NCBI GenBank assembly: GCA_032718475.1
Contig: JAUCBJ010001616.1
Span: forward strand, 1-64,000
Origin: Nemertoderma westbladi
Lineage: Eukaryota; Animalia; Xenacoelomorpha
Length of the DNA stretch: 64,000 bases
Direction: 5' to 3'
Made by a program: the position numbers and the translations under genes
The notes under the pieces: generated by a model
Seen by the model: only the letters and a program-made list of their open reading frames with translations
Database searches by the model: none
Told to the model about the DNA's origin: nothing
Part shown: positions 51,301 to 64,000 of the stretch, piece by piece
Numbering within the stretch: position 1 is the stretch's first letter
Layout: each line of letters starts with the position of its first letter

Positions 51301-52301
51301 CACTGGACTTTTTGGAGCTTAACTCCGCAAACATTTTTAGAATTTGAGTTCTCATGTTTTTATAAGTTAGTTCTCCAACAGTCGCCAATGCTAACTGACT
51401 CTTAGTTTCATCGAGATTGGCACTTTTCAATAAATGATAGGCCAACACACCATCAGGAAGATTCATGTTATAAGATTTACATACTGTATATATGAACATT
51501 CCGGTCAAACTTAACCAAATAGTTTGTAAGCATGTGATCATTTGGTCATTTAAAGGTACATAATAATTGATCATATGCATGGAATGCTCGAATTGCTTTA
51601 TCTTTTAAGTATAAAGTGTTTAACTTATCTATTATTTGTTCAACTCCATCTTCCTTCTTTAGATCTTCCCGAGATATCTCCAAAACGGCTTCCCGAGCTT
51701 CACCTTGTAGTAGGAACACAGTAGGCCCTTGCCTACCTTCGCCATATCTGTAGCATCCTGCCATCTTTTGATCTCCTGCACCCAATTCACATAGGAGGTA
51801 TTGTCGCGGAGAGGTGGTGGATTTTTCACGTTTACCAGTATCATGTTTGAGGGGTACTCCGCCATCACTTGAATTAGTTGCGTTGTCTTGCTTCAGTAGT
51901 CCTTGGTTATATCCAAATTTTAATGTAACAAATTTTAATGTAATAAGTTAGGTACCGATACCCAGTCCGTCGTAATCGTAATACAGGCTGACAGTCCTGA
52001 GTTTAGTAATAATGCAGTCCTATTATTACTGGTATGTTGTTAGGTAGCCCAGATTCTGGTACTACAGACACCCAGAGTTTATTAACGCTCTGCTACCATG
52101 CTAATTGAGTATAAAGGAATATCATGTTTGTTTCTAATTCAGTATTTATTATAAATATAATTGCGAACAGACAGACTAGACCCTGATACAGGTATCTATT
52201 ACCTACCACACCTACCGGACTCATTCACCCTAGCACGTATTACAGTATTCTATTCATAGTACATAATTCAAAGTTCCCTCTCACCTCAGTATACATTAAC
52301 A
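48350..52301 (-). mobile_element. Decayed Ty1/copia LTR retrotransposon of GalEa type; 5' LTR about 52099-52301, 3' end missing
   Basis: Order on -: gag with CSIC..IYH...C knuckle, protease ILDTGCS, integrase HKQFAH...CEIC, RT (KARLCAKGFE, LDIRSAYLQG, HVDDF). PBS TGGTAGCAGAGC at 52087-52098 abuts a TG...CA segment containing AATAAA. Confidence 0.85.
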
Positions 52302-52507
52302 TATGAGTGGTATTCAGGTCCAGCCTATCATCAAAAATCTGAAATCAAAAATCATCAGTATGCATATCCTTCAATTTTTAAATTTAACATTTAGGCTATA
52401 CTTTGTAAACAAAGTAAATCCTATTAGTCATCCTGCGTAATAATTTAAACGATGTTTAATTTCATTATTAAATAAATATTTATCTTGAATAAATATTTTT
52501 CGTTTCA

Positions 52508-52937
52508 ATGCTACCAGAATTATTAATGGAAGTTGTTAATAAACAGAAATCAAGTAACGATCTTAATGCCTCAGAAAAAATACCTGACAGAGACAAAACT
52601 ATAAATGAAGATATCACAATCGGAACACAACTAAAAACAATGATGGAAAATAATGGAGTAACTTGTGGATCGTTAATGACAGAACAGACTGCAAAGCCGC
52701 ACAAAAATCGAGTACAAAAATCCAAAAATATAATGAAACTGGTATTACGATTCGTCTTAGCAGTAATAACCCTTCCAATTTATATAATTATTTGCGGAAG
52801 TGCAATACATTTGGTTGAAAGTGGGTCGCCATCGGCAAAGGAGATCATAGAGAAATCAATCAATTCCATATCCGACAAACTGGTTCGCTTTGCAGTGGAA
52901 GCGCAAGGTCAAAGCATTGGAAGTGTGAAAATTAGAA
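52508..52937 (+). CDS. Two-pore-domain K+ channel (K2P/KCNK family), exon 1
   Basis: N-terminus, TM1 (FVLAVITLPIYIIICGSAIHLVE) and cap start. A|GTAAGT donor at 52938, phase 1, in frame with exon 2. Confidence 0.8.
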
Positions 52938-55900
52938 GTAAGTGTTAGTAGAAACTATTAGAAGTAAGTGTTAGTAGAAACTATTATAAGTAAGTGTTAG
53001 TAGAAACTATTAGAAGTAAGTGTTAGTAGAAAAGAAACTATTAGAAGTAAGTGTTAGTAGAAACTATTAGAAGTAAGTGTTAGTAGAAACTATTAGAAGT
53101 AAGTGTTAGTAGAAACTAATTAGAAGTAAGTGTTAGTAGAAACTATTAGAAGTAAGTGTTAGTAGAAACTATTAGAAGTAAGTGTTAGTAGAAACTATTA
53201 GAAGTAAGTGTTAGTAGAAACTATTTGAAGTAAGTGTTAATATAAACTATTAGAAGTATTGTTAGTAGAAACTATTAGAAGTAGTGTTAGTAGAAACTAT
53301 TAGAAGTAAGTGATAGTATAAACTATTAGAAGTAAGTGTTAGTAGAAACTATTAGAAGTAGTGTTAGTAGAAACTATTAGAAGTAAGTGTTATTGGAAAC
53401 GATTAGAAGTAAGAGTTAGTAGAAACTATTAGAAGTAAGTTTTAGAAGAAACTATTAGAAGTAAGTGTTAGTAGAAACTATTTGAAGTAAGTGTTAGTAG
53501 AAACTATTAGAAGCAGTGTTAGTAGAAACTATTAGAAGTATATGTTAGTAGAAACTATTAGAAGTAAGTGTTAGTAGAAACTATTAGAAGTAGTGTTAGT
53601 AGAAACTATTAGAAGTAAGTGTTATTGGAAACGATTAGAAGTAAGAGTTAGTAGAAACTATTAGAAGCAGTGTTAGTAGAAACTATTAGAAGTATATGTT
53701 AGTAGAAACTATTAGAAGTAAGTGTTAGTAGAAACTATTAGAAGTAGTGTTAGTAGAAACTATTAGAAGTATATGTTAGTAGAAACTATTAGAAGTAAGT
53801 GTTAGTAGAAACTATTAGAAGTAGTGTTAGTAGAAACTCTTAGAAGTAAGTGTTATTGGAAACGATTAGAAGTAAGAGTTAGTAGAAACTATTAGAAGCA
53901 GTGTTAGTAGAAACTATTAGAAGTAGTGTTAGTAGAAACTCTTAGAAGTAGTGTTAGTAGAAACTATTAGAAGTAAGTGTTAGTAGAAACAATTAGAAGT
54001 AGTGTTAGTAGAAACTATTAGAAGTATATGTTAGTAGAAACTATTACAAGTATATGTTAGTAGAAACTATTAGAAGTAAGTGATAGTAGAAACTATTAGA
54101 AGTAGTGTTAGTAGAAACTATTAGAAGTATATGTTAGTAGAAACTATTAGAAGTAAGTGTTAGTAGAAACTATTAGAAGTAGTGTTAGTAGAAACTATTA
54201 GAAGTAAGTGTTATTGGAAACGATTAGAAGTAAGAGTTAGTAGAAACTATTAGAAGCAGTGTTAGTAGAAACTATTAGAAGTAAGTGTTAGTAGAAACTA
54301 TTAGAAGTAGTGTTAGTAGAAACTATTAGAAGTAAGTGTTAGTAGAAACTATTAGAAGTAGTGTTAGTAGAAACTATTAGAAGTATATGTTAGTAGAAAC
54401 TATTAGAAGTAAGTGTTAGTAGAAACTATTAGAAGCAGTGTTAGTAGAAACTATTAGAAGTATATGTTAGTAGAAACTATTAGAAGTAAGTGTTAGTAGA
54501 AACTATTAGAAGTAGTGTTAGTAGAAACTATTAGAAGTGAGTGTTATTGGAAACGATTAGAAGTAAGAGTTAGTAGAAACTATTAGAAGCAGTGTTAGTA
54601 GAAACTATTAGAAGTATATGTTAGTAGAAACTATTAGAAGTAGTGTTAGTAGAAACTATTAGAAGTATATGTTAGTAGAAACTATTAGAAGTAAGTGTTA
54701 GTAGAAACTATTAGAAGTAAGTGTTAGTAGAAACTATTAGAAGTAAGTGTTAGTAGAAACTATTAGAAGTAAGTGTTTGTAGAAACTATTAGAAGTAAGT
54801 GTTAGTAGAAACTATTAGAAGTAGTGTTAGTAGAAACTATTAGAAGTAAGTGTTAGTAGAAACTATTAGAAGTATATGTTAGTAGAAACTATTAGAAGTA
54901 AGTGTTAGTAGAAACTATTAGAAGTAGTGTTAGTTAGAAGTATATGTTAGTAGAAACTATTAGAAGTAAGTGTTAGTAGAAACTATTATAAGTAGTGTTA
55001 GTAGAAACTTTTAGAAGTAAGTGTTAGTAGAAACGATTAGAAGTAAGTGTTTGTAGAAACTATTAGAAGTAAGTGTTAGTATAAACTATTAGAAGTACGT
55101 GTTAGTAGAAACTATTAGAAGTAAGTGTTAGTAGAAACTATTTGAAGTTAAGTGTTAGTAGAAACTATTAGAAGCAGTGTTAGTAGAAACTATTAGAAGT
55201 ATATGTTAGTAGAAACTATTAGAAGTAAGTGTTAGTAGAAACTATTTGAAGTAAGTGTTAGTAGAAACTATTAGAAGTAAGAGTTAGTAGAAACTATTAG
55301 AAGTAAGTTTTAGTAGAAACTATTAGAAGTAAGTGTTAGCAGAAACTATTAGAAGTAAGTGTTAGTAGAAACTATTAGAAGTAAGTGTTAGTATAAACTA
55401 TTAGAAGTACGTGTTAGCAGAAACTATTAGAAGTAAGTGTTAGTAGAAACTATTAGAAGTAAGAGTTAGTAGAAACTATTAGAAGTTAGTTTTAGTAGAA
55501 ACTATTAGAAGTAAGTGTTAGCAGAAACTATTAGAAGTAGTGTTAGTAGAAACTATTAGAAGTAAGAGTTAGTAGAAACTATTCGAAGTAAGTGTTAGTA
55601 GAAACTATTTGAAGTAAGTGTTAGTAGAAACTATTAGAAGTAAGAGTTAGTAGAAACTATTACAAGTAAGTTTTAGTAGAAACTATTAGAAGTAAGTGTT
55701 AGCAGAAACTATTAGAAGTACGTGTTAGCAGAAACTATTAGAAGTAAGTGTTAGTAGAAACTATTAGAAGTAAGAGTTAGTAGAAACTATTAGAAGTAAG
55801 TTTTAGTAGAAACTATTAGAAGTAAGTGTTAGCAGAAACTATTAGAAGTAAGTGTTAGCAGAAACTATTAGAAGTAAGTGTTAGTAGAAACTATTAGAAG

Positions 55901-56149
55901 TAGTGTTAGTCGAAACTATTAGAAGTACGTGTTAGTAGAAACTCTTAGAAGTATATGTTAGTAGAAACTATTAGAAGTAAGTGTTAGTAGAAACTATTAG
56001 AAGTAAGTGTTAGTAGAAACTATTAGAAGCAGTGTTAGTAGAAACTATTAGAAGTATATGTTAGTAGAAACTATTAGAAGTAGTGTTAGTAGAAACTATT
56101 AGAAGTACGTGTTAGTAGAAACTCTTAGAAGTAAGTGTTAGTAGAAACT
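52931..56149 (+). repeat. 26-bp (and 25-bp variant) tandem array ATTAGAA|GTAAGTGTTAGTAGAAACT, about 125 copies
   Basis: The first copy is the exon 1/intron 1 junction of the K2P gene. Confidence 0.97.
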
Positions 56150-56482
56150 TTACTAGAAGAGTAGTAGAGAGATGTCTGAAGAAAACAATACGTTTTTTAG
56201 TAAGTGTAGTAGAAGAGAGAATGAAAAGTGTGAATACCGCAAATTAAAAAACAATTTGAGTTAATATTCCAAATATATTTATAACAAACTTGAATAAACA
56301 TTAATTACCATTTAATTAAACTGCTACCATTAATTATCTTGCCAGTATCAGTACATCAAGTGTACTACACCAAAGCCAGAGATACTTAACTCAATTTACT
56401 GATTATCTACGGGAGCGTTCTGTAGTTAATTAGTAATTGATGTATCCGGTTTATGGACGCTGAATAATATTATTGAGCTAGA

Positions 56483-56854
56483 CCATGGAATACTAAATAT
56501 AGACGGAACCGCATTAGTGTTATTTTTTCGGCCCCGAAATTTTTTTCAATAAAATGGTAGTATATGCCATAGAAACCTCAGAAAAAAATTTTTGAAAAAA
56601 TTTGACCGGAGCGTTTCCATGGAAACCGGGCAAACATAAAATTTCTAGGTTTTGTCATGAATTAATTATTTTTTGCAACTACTACCCTATTTATTTTTAT
56701 CCTATTTATTTTTATTTCTAGCACAGGTAACTATAGCATAGCAACGAGGTAAAATATATATTTTTTATTTGTATTTTCATTTTTCATTTTTTATTTGTAT
56801 TTTTATTTGTATTAGTATTAGTATTTGTATTTATCTATATTTAGTATTCCATGG
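56483..56854. mobile_element. MITE with 21-bp TIR (CCATGGAATACTAAATATAGA) in K2P intron 1
   Basis: Perfect inverted termini. Flanks CTAGA/CTGGA may be an imperfect 5-bp TSD. Confidence 0.8.
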
Positions 56855-57403
56855 CTGGACCCATTTGAACCCACGGTAGAAAGATATCCTATATACATAT
56901 ATATATCTTGTATCCATTATTGCACGTTTGTATTAGTCAATTAATATTACCAGTATGCTGTTTTATGTACTAATAATACCGCTGTAAACTAATAACTGTT
57001 AATATATCGGACTGGTAACTTAACTTTATTTTGCGAATTTAATTTGAAATATTTTTTCAAAATTTAACCATCTTATAATTGGGGATCTTGAAAATGTATG
57101 ACAAGGACCAATTAATAAGAATTCAAGTATATGGTACAAAACAGTAATTTTTGATATAATTAATTAATTATATTATATTGTTATACTTTATTTTAATCAA
57201 TTTTTATTTCAACTAATTTTATATTAATTCATTTTATTTTAAATAATTTTATTTCATATAGTTTTATTTTAATTCATTTTATATTAAGTTATTTGTTATT
57301 ATTTTAATTAATTTTATTTCATATAATTTTATTTAAATTAATTTAATAATAACTTATTTTTTATTATTTTAATTAATTATATACATTTAAATTAATTTCC
57401 CAG

Positions 57404-57526
57404 ACACGGCAATTGAAATTAGAAGGATTGTTATTGATGTTGAAGGCTATCGAGAACTTCATAAAAATCTACACGACAGCTGGCAAGAAAGTTTTTGGTA
57501 TATATTTGAAGTAATAACAACAATTG
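57404..57526 (+). CDS. K2P channel exon 2 (not in the ORF track)
   Basis: Acceptor TTTCCCAG. Translates (N)TAIEIRRIVIDVEGYRELHKNLHDSWQESFWYIFEVITTI(G), 123 nt, phase 1-1. Donor GTTAGA. Confidence 0.88.
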
Positions 57527-57587
57527 GTTAGACACTGTTATATATTTGAAGTAATAACAACAATTGGTTAGACACTGTTATATATTT
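57499..57587 (+). repeat. 40-bp direct duplication spanning the K2P exon-2 donor
   Basis: TATATATTTGAAGTAATAACAACAATTG|GTTAGACACTGT x2, followed by TATATATTT. Confidence 0.95.
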
Positions 57588-57953
57588 ATAACTTTTAATT
57601 ATTAATTCTAAATTGATATTACCATATTATTCTCATCGCAGTAACTTTTGATTTTCCCCATAATAATGGCGAGATGAAGAGTCCTACTTATTATAATTTT
57701 CGTTCAGTATATGGCTGTTTACCGGACTATTCTGTACTCATGTATTGTATTCCTGATGGGTGTACCTGTACGGTACGTGCACACCAAATATAATATATAT
57801 CACAATACAGATATGATACTTCACTTGTTGCTCTTCTTTAAAACACATACAAATAATAATTTTTATAACTACGCCACTACGGCATTACAATTTAATTACA
57901 GTTCATTTCAATACGTTTACACTTATTGTTTTATAATTATAATTATTTTGCAG

Positions 57954-58624
57954 GCTATGGTGAAGTTACCCCCGCTACGGCTACTGGGAGACACCTAACT
58001 ATTTTATTTGGACTCATTGGAATTCCTCTAACTATTTGCGTTTTAAACTCTTTTGGATTCATCCATATATTTATAGGACATTTTATAAATCGGACTATAC
58101 GTTTTATAAGCCCGAAGAATTTATCGAAAAGGAAAACGCATATTCTTCTAATCGCAGCTCATATCATTTGGTACAATTTAATACTTTTGCTTATTCCCGG
58201 ACTTATATTTTGGTATGTAGAGAATCGCTTTGGATGGACTCTATCAATATCATTGTATACAACATTTATATCTTACAGCACTGTCGGGCTTGGCGACTAT
58301 ATACCAGGTGAGGGTACCCATGATATTCCTGGTTGGTACAGTAATGCACTCTCTTGGATGCTAATGTTGATGCTGTTAGCAGGTCTATCTAGTTTTTCAC
58401 ATTTAGCCAATACAATAGCTTGTGGTAGTTGGAGATACCACTTCCTGGGGGAAACACTAGAGACTGGGGAAAATGAAGATTTAAAGGCCAATGAAATAAT
58501 TGAGGAAATTATTGGAGGAGGAATGGGTATCTTCCACAGCAGTTCATTGCGAATCCGTCGAAAACGTTTCGAAAACCCTGTAAATAATTCGATCGAATAT
58601 GATAATGCACTCGCCCATAATTAG
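57954..58624 (+). CDS. K2P channel exon 3 (terminal)
   Basis: Acceptor TTTTGCAG completes filter 1 (TTIG|YGEVTP). G..LTILFGLIGIPL, second filter STVGLGDYIP and TM4. Stop at 58624. Confidence 0.92.
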
Positions 58625-59229
58625 CAAACCAGTCGATGGTATATATTAATAAATGCGACTTCTGACCTTTGGCTACAGTGCTACAGCATTGATATTTAAT
58701 TCCTTGGATTTATATATGGGTTGATTACAGTTGATACCCCGGCCATGAATGAATGGGGTCGACAACATTGTTGTTGTTGATATGAAATTTATGATACATC
58801 AGCTCAGCATGGGTGTGTCGGGATATAAGAATAATACTGTGCTTCGAAAAATCAGATAAATCTATAACTTATTCGTTGTCACTGATCGGTTTAAAAATAA
58901 TTTCTTTATTTGGCAATATGCATGCATACGGCGTGACAAAGACATAACCTTCTTTAGTTAATATGATGTGGAATACTATTGATATATGATTGAAAATAGG
59001 TCCATTACAGAGTAAATATCAAACCTCTGTCTTTTATGAATGGGATGAAATAAGAATGAATTTACGACAACTACATCGTGATGAATAGTTGATACAATAA
59101 CAATAATATAAATCTATTTTTATTAGATTAAAAAGTAATGTAAGAGAAGTAAGAGAATAGTTGTAATTTTAAGTAAAACTGTAGTATAATCTAAGTATAT
59201 AATATGCAGAAAAAGTTGCATCTAGGTCC

Positions 59230-61785
59230 CTTAACAGACAGAACTCTGATAATCTGAAGGAGCTTATCAATAAATAAACAGTGAATCTCCAATTGAACGC
59301 CTCAATGGATGGAAGGTCCACTTTGAAAAGCTTCTAAACAATGGCATTATTGTATTGCCTAATAACTTTGAGGTAGGCCTACATCATGTATCTGAGTCTA
59401 TGTTCACAGGTATCCCCATTAGTGTCATCTCCCCCTTGGAAAATCAAGACTGCAGCAATGAGCATCAAGACCAATCGTACCAGTGGAGTAGATGCCATGC
59501 CCCCTGAGGTCTTTAAAATTCCTGAGTGTTTGGAGCTCATTCATCCCATTATTTTATTAGACAAAGATAGTCCCTCAAGAAATGAAAACAAATAAGTTGG
59601 TCCCTGCCCCAAAGAAGGTCAAACTAACAACCTACTGTATGGATCTTTTCGTGGAATCTTGCTGATCTCGATTGCTGCAAAGCTATTCTATTCTATTAAA
59701 TTCTATTAAGAATTCTATTAAATCGCATAAGGGCTCCTGTTGAGAGACTGTTATGTGGGAACCAAAATGGGTTGCGTAAAGGAACCTATTTTGGCGCTCA
59801 GAAGGATATTTGAAGAGTTATCAACAAAGAAAGATAGACGTCTAGATATTATATTTGTTAATCACTTAAGGCCTTTGACTCAGTCTCCTGACCACGTATG
59901 TTCAGCATACTTGCAGCATATGGGATTCCTGAGGAAATTATTGCAGCTATCAACATTTAAAATACCTGAGTGTTTAAAGCTCATCTATCCCATAATAGTA
60001 GACATGCACCGAACAACAAGAGTCCCAAAAGAAATGAAGACAAATAAGTTGGTGCCAGTTCCCAAGAAGGGCAACCTAACACTCTATGGTTCTTTTCGGG
60101 GAATTTCTTTGATCTCGATTGCTGCAAAGCTATAAAATAGAATTCTATTAAATCGCATCAGGGATCCCATTGAGAGACTGATCCGTGGAAATCAGAATGG
60201 GTTCCGTAAAGGTCGTGGGACCATGGAGCCGCTTTTGGCTCCATGGCACACTTGCACCATTCTTGTTCATAATTGTGGTTGACTATGTTCTACGCATGTC
60301 CTTAGATCATCATAATGATGATGGGGTGATGATAACACCACCTACTGGCTCCAGAAGTTGAGGAAATCCTGCCAAGTACCTAACTGATCTAGACTTTGCT
60401 GATGACTCTCAGAGATGATTCTGAGAGTACTCTCAGAATCACTAGAGGGAGCCCAACGGCTCCTCAGCACAGGCTGCTTCTAGTGTTCGTTTTTTTATTA
60501 ACTCCAGAAAGACAACAATTTTGACAGTTAACTTTGAAAGTCCTCAGCAAGTCTCTGACCGGATGAGCATAAGCTCAAAGGATGGTATGCTTGAGCATGT
60601 GGACGACTTATATTACCTGGGATCATGGATCCAGAAGTCAGGTGAGGACCTTCGAAAACGTATGGGAAAGGCATGGGCAGCCTTGAATAGGCTTTCCAGG
60701 ATTTGGAAGTCACCTAGAATTAATAGGAAACTTAACGTCCGATTATTTAGAGCAGCAGTAGTTCCAGTACTCCTCTATGGGAGTCCATGCTGGGCTCTAA
60801 CTGCTGAGGACACCAAATCTCTGGATGGCACATTCACAAGAATGCTACGCCGGGTTCATTGTGTCAAGTACAATGCACACATCTCCAACCAGACACTATA
60901 TAACATTGAAGGTGTCTCATTGGTTCCCCCAAGCTAGACACTAGAACAAAATTGCCTCCGCTTTGCAGGACATTGCTTTCGCTGTGAGGACCAGCCAGTG
61001 CATAATTTTGTACTTTGGCAGCCTCATGGAGTGAATAAGCATGGTGGACAGCCCATGACTTTCTTGAGACGCATCTTAAAGGAAACTGGCCTTGAAGATG
61101 CGGATGATCTAGCAAATGTCATGGGCGATAGGGAGTTGTGGTGGCGCAATTTTGTCGACAAGACGGCACAGCAGTCTTAAAAATGCAGCTGCAATGCAGC
61201 ATGCTGATCCTAGTAGTATCCGATCACTGTATGATGGTTCCACCAAATTTGTGTCTACTGCTGATGGTGACACAGATCCATTCGAAGTCTTATGGTAAGT
61301 CTTTCAGGGTGACTCTTGCTTGCACCATTCTTACTTATAATTGTAGTTGAATATGTTTGAATATGTTCTACACATGTCCTTAGATCATCTTATAATGATG
61401 GGGTGATGGTAACACCCTCTACTCGCACAACAAGTAGATGAAATTCAGCAGAGTACCTTACTGATCTAGACGTTCTTGAAGACCTAGGGGTGCTGTCAGA
61501 ATCACTAGAGGGAGCCCAAATGCTCCTCTGTTACTTGGAGCAGTTGTTTCTAGTGTTGGTCTTTTTGTCAACTCCAAGAAGACCAAAATATTGACAATAA
61601 ACTTTGACAACCCTCAAGAAATGTCTGATCGTAAGGGCATAAAGCTCAAGGGACAGCTTGCTTGAGCATGTGCATGACTTCTGCTTCTTGGGATCATGGA
61701 TCCGGAATTCAGGTGAAGATCTTTGGATATGTAAGGGGAAGGCATGGTCAGCATTTAATTGTCGGTCCAGGATTTGGAAGTCCGT
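59230..61785 (+). mobile_element. Cluster of rearranged RTE family-A fragments
   Basis: 59510-59770 duplicated at 59955-60210. 60247-61218 is nearly the same as 9935-10900, with a GTA tail. A further diverged copy starts at about 61219. Confidence 0.85.
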
Positions 61786-63874
61786 CCTATTTGAAACAAT
61801 CCTGGATCTGCTTAGGGTGATTTGCGATGCTAAGCTCGGCTCTCCTAAGTCGGAACTGACCACTGCCTGCCTCTTGTCTTTGTCAATTGTAGTTAGTGGC
61901 TAGCGTGGGAAGGACATTTTAAAAGCTAAAGATTTCGAATTCGTATCTCAGATTGTCCATGGCAAACAGCGACTTATTCATTTTCCAATGGAGTTGCAGG
62001 AGGTAAAGTCTCTGAATTATGACAAGTTGGTAGATAAATTTGACTACAAATTTTGTATGAAGAGTTGCGTTAGTACTATAAGGGGTGCGCAACCACAATT
62101 TTCCAGGGGGGTGTACATACTGCGATGCCACTGACCGAGACCCACTTGTTCATTTTCCTAGGAGGCCATGTATCGTTTTTTTTAGTCACTTAGGCAGATT
62201 AGATAATAGTCCTCTATTATCGCTTACTACTTACTATACCTCTGGTATGTATGTACCATGGCGCGAAAAATAAATTTTTATCTTATGAAAACCCCAAATG
62301 ATGTTATACTTGTCATTAAGTCTACTTCAAAAAATGATGAATAATAGAGTTTGGACTTAAGAGGGAATTCTCTCGCTCCTATCACTGTAGTTATCTTAAT
62401 AAACAGATTGGTTAGGGCAGGTTGATCTCAGGTGACTAATGAAATTAATAACAGCAGTTATTACAAGCTTTCCCCCAATAGGATTTAATTCAAGCCTATT
62501 TTACCACTCTACAAAAATAGGCACCCCAGCGAATTAGATGTAGTGAAAACTACATTACAGTAGTGACTAGGATTCTGTCTACCTTCTAACTTCATTACCT
62601 CACTGACAGTCGAAATACCGTAGTATATCATACAACTCAAAACCACATCGCTGTCACCGTGGGTATCTGTAATCGGAGATATTTCGACATCATTTTCTAT
62701 CCTCAAGATTCTAGACTGATTCTAATAAATAAAATCTATTATAATGAATAATTCACTTGCAAAAAACGCAGAGTAAATTATTCATTACCCCATCAAATAC
62801 CGCCAATCATTAAAGTCAATATAACTAGGTTTTAACAACATATGGCGATAAAAATATGTCAGCCTTGTTAATATATAACTTAAATTAGTTAACATTCTGT
62901 CATCACAATTATAAAGCAGTAATTATCATAATATAGAATTAATGAACAATTTTATAAAATAATTTTACACCCGAAATAAATAACAACCATATCATCATAT
63001 ATTAGTTAATATATTTTGTTGACTCCGTTCACCGTTGTAATGACTTACTGAGTAAACTGTTGGTTGTGCAGTACATAGCAATAGTGGGGCCTTCGTGCAG
63101 CAAAAGCTGCAAGCCATCTTAGAGAACAATTATAGTTATACTATGGCTAGTTATATCTTTATTATAGGAAGGGATCTAGGGGTCTTATAGTTATATCTTG
63201 GCTTCCGACATACACACACATAGATGCACCCACCCTCCCTCACCCCACACCGCGACACACACAACAAACTTTCAGTAATATAGTAGTAGTAAAAGTAGTA
63301 AAATTATAACAGTTTGCTGATGGCTCGCAGTTTTGACTCGCCCCACAAGCGTGTGTCCCCCTTATGTCATACGTCATGATTAGAGGCAATACTGAGTTAG
63401 TATAGATACTGTTTATTGGTATTAAACCAGCCCTCTAATTAAAACCATATAACTTGGTATTGTACAATAGATCATGATAAATATCATCACGCTTTATGAG
63501 GTAATAACTATATTTTCATATGAAAGAATGTATCTTTAAATTCTCAGTGATCTTCGGTATAATTATTATTTTTTTAAATTGTAAAGCTATCCATAACCAC
63601 ACAATAATGATTTTCTCTAAATACATCTCTCGATACTAAACAGTTTTCACTTTGAATAATATCATTTGTAGAAGTTAAACATGACTATTATTATGATAAA
63701 CCATATTCTAATCAACCACATCCCTATTCGATCACTCTATCCACCATTCTCACTCATAGATCCACTTAATAGCTCCCGAACTGGTTCATCAACTGGACCT
63801 TATTGTTCAAACTTTCAATCTGAAATATATTACATGTAGCTAAGAGAAAAATTGTTGCCAACATAGGACTCACA

Positions 63875-64000
63875 GGAAAAGCCACCACCAGTTTAGACTA
63901 AATGTCAACTAAATACCAACATACTATACCAACAAACTATCGTGGGATCAGTCTCTTTGTGGTGACTGCAAAATATACAATAAAATGATTCTATATAGGA
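63875..64000 (+). mobile_element. RTE family-B RT fragment running off the window
   Basis: Matches 12294-12433 (GAAAAGCCACCACCA...ATACCAACAAACTATCGTGGGATC...AAAATGATTCTATATAGGA). Confidence 0.75.

Noticed and set aside
4311-56149. CRISPR-like interpretation of the 26-43-bp repeats
   Set aside because: Units are contiguous with no unique spacers, there are no cas genes, and the context is eukaryotic.

Overview
AT-rich animal (most likely marine invertebrate) genomic DNA, dense in transposons. Genes supported by the sequence: first coding exon of cysteine dioxygenase (-), an intronless ADAM10/Kuzbanian-like metalloprotease (-), an unknown 519-aa ORF (-), a small secreted 6-Cys peptide (+), a two-exon C2orf50/CIMIP5-like gene (+) and a three-exon two-pore (K2P) potassium channel (+). 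Mobile DNA includes an intact L2/CR1-group LINE ORF, many RTE copies, a CRE-like fragment, a decayed GalEa-type Ty1/copia, a P-element remnant, a tRNA-derived CORE-type SINE and several MITE/piggyBac/Helitron-like elements. The most striking signal is that several tandem arrays, unrelated in sequence, are built from functional gene junctions. The CDO exon-1 donor (about 32 copies), the K2P exon-1 donor (about 125 copies) and the K2P exon-2 donor (2 copies) are each amplified as 'exon end + GT donor' units. The C2orf50-like stop codon (about 55 copies) and the ADAM pro-domain cleavage site (about 35 copies) are amplified too. Three more arrays look like amplified micro/mini-exon donors. Copy numbers are estimated from span divided by period, and family assignments come from motif recognition, not database searches.
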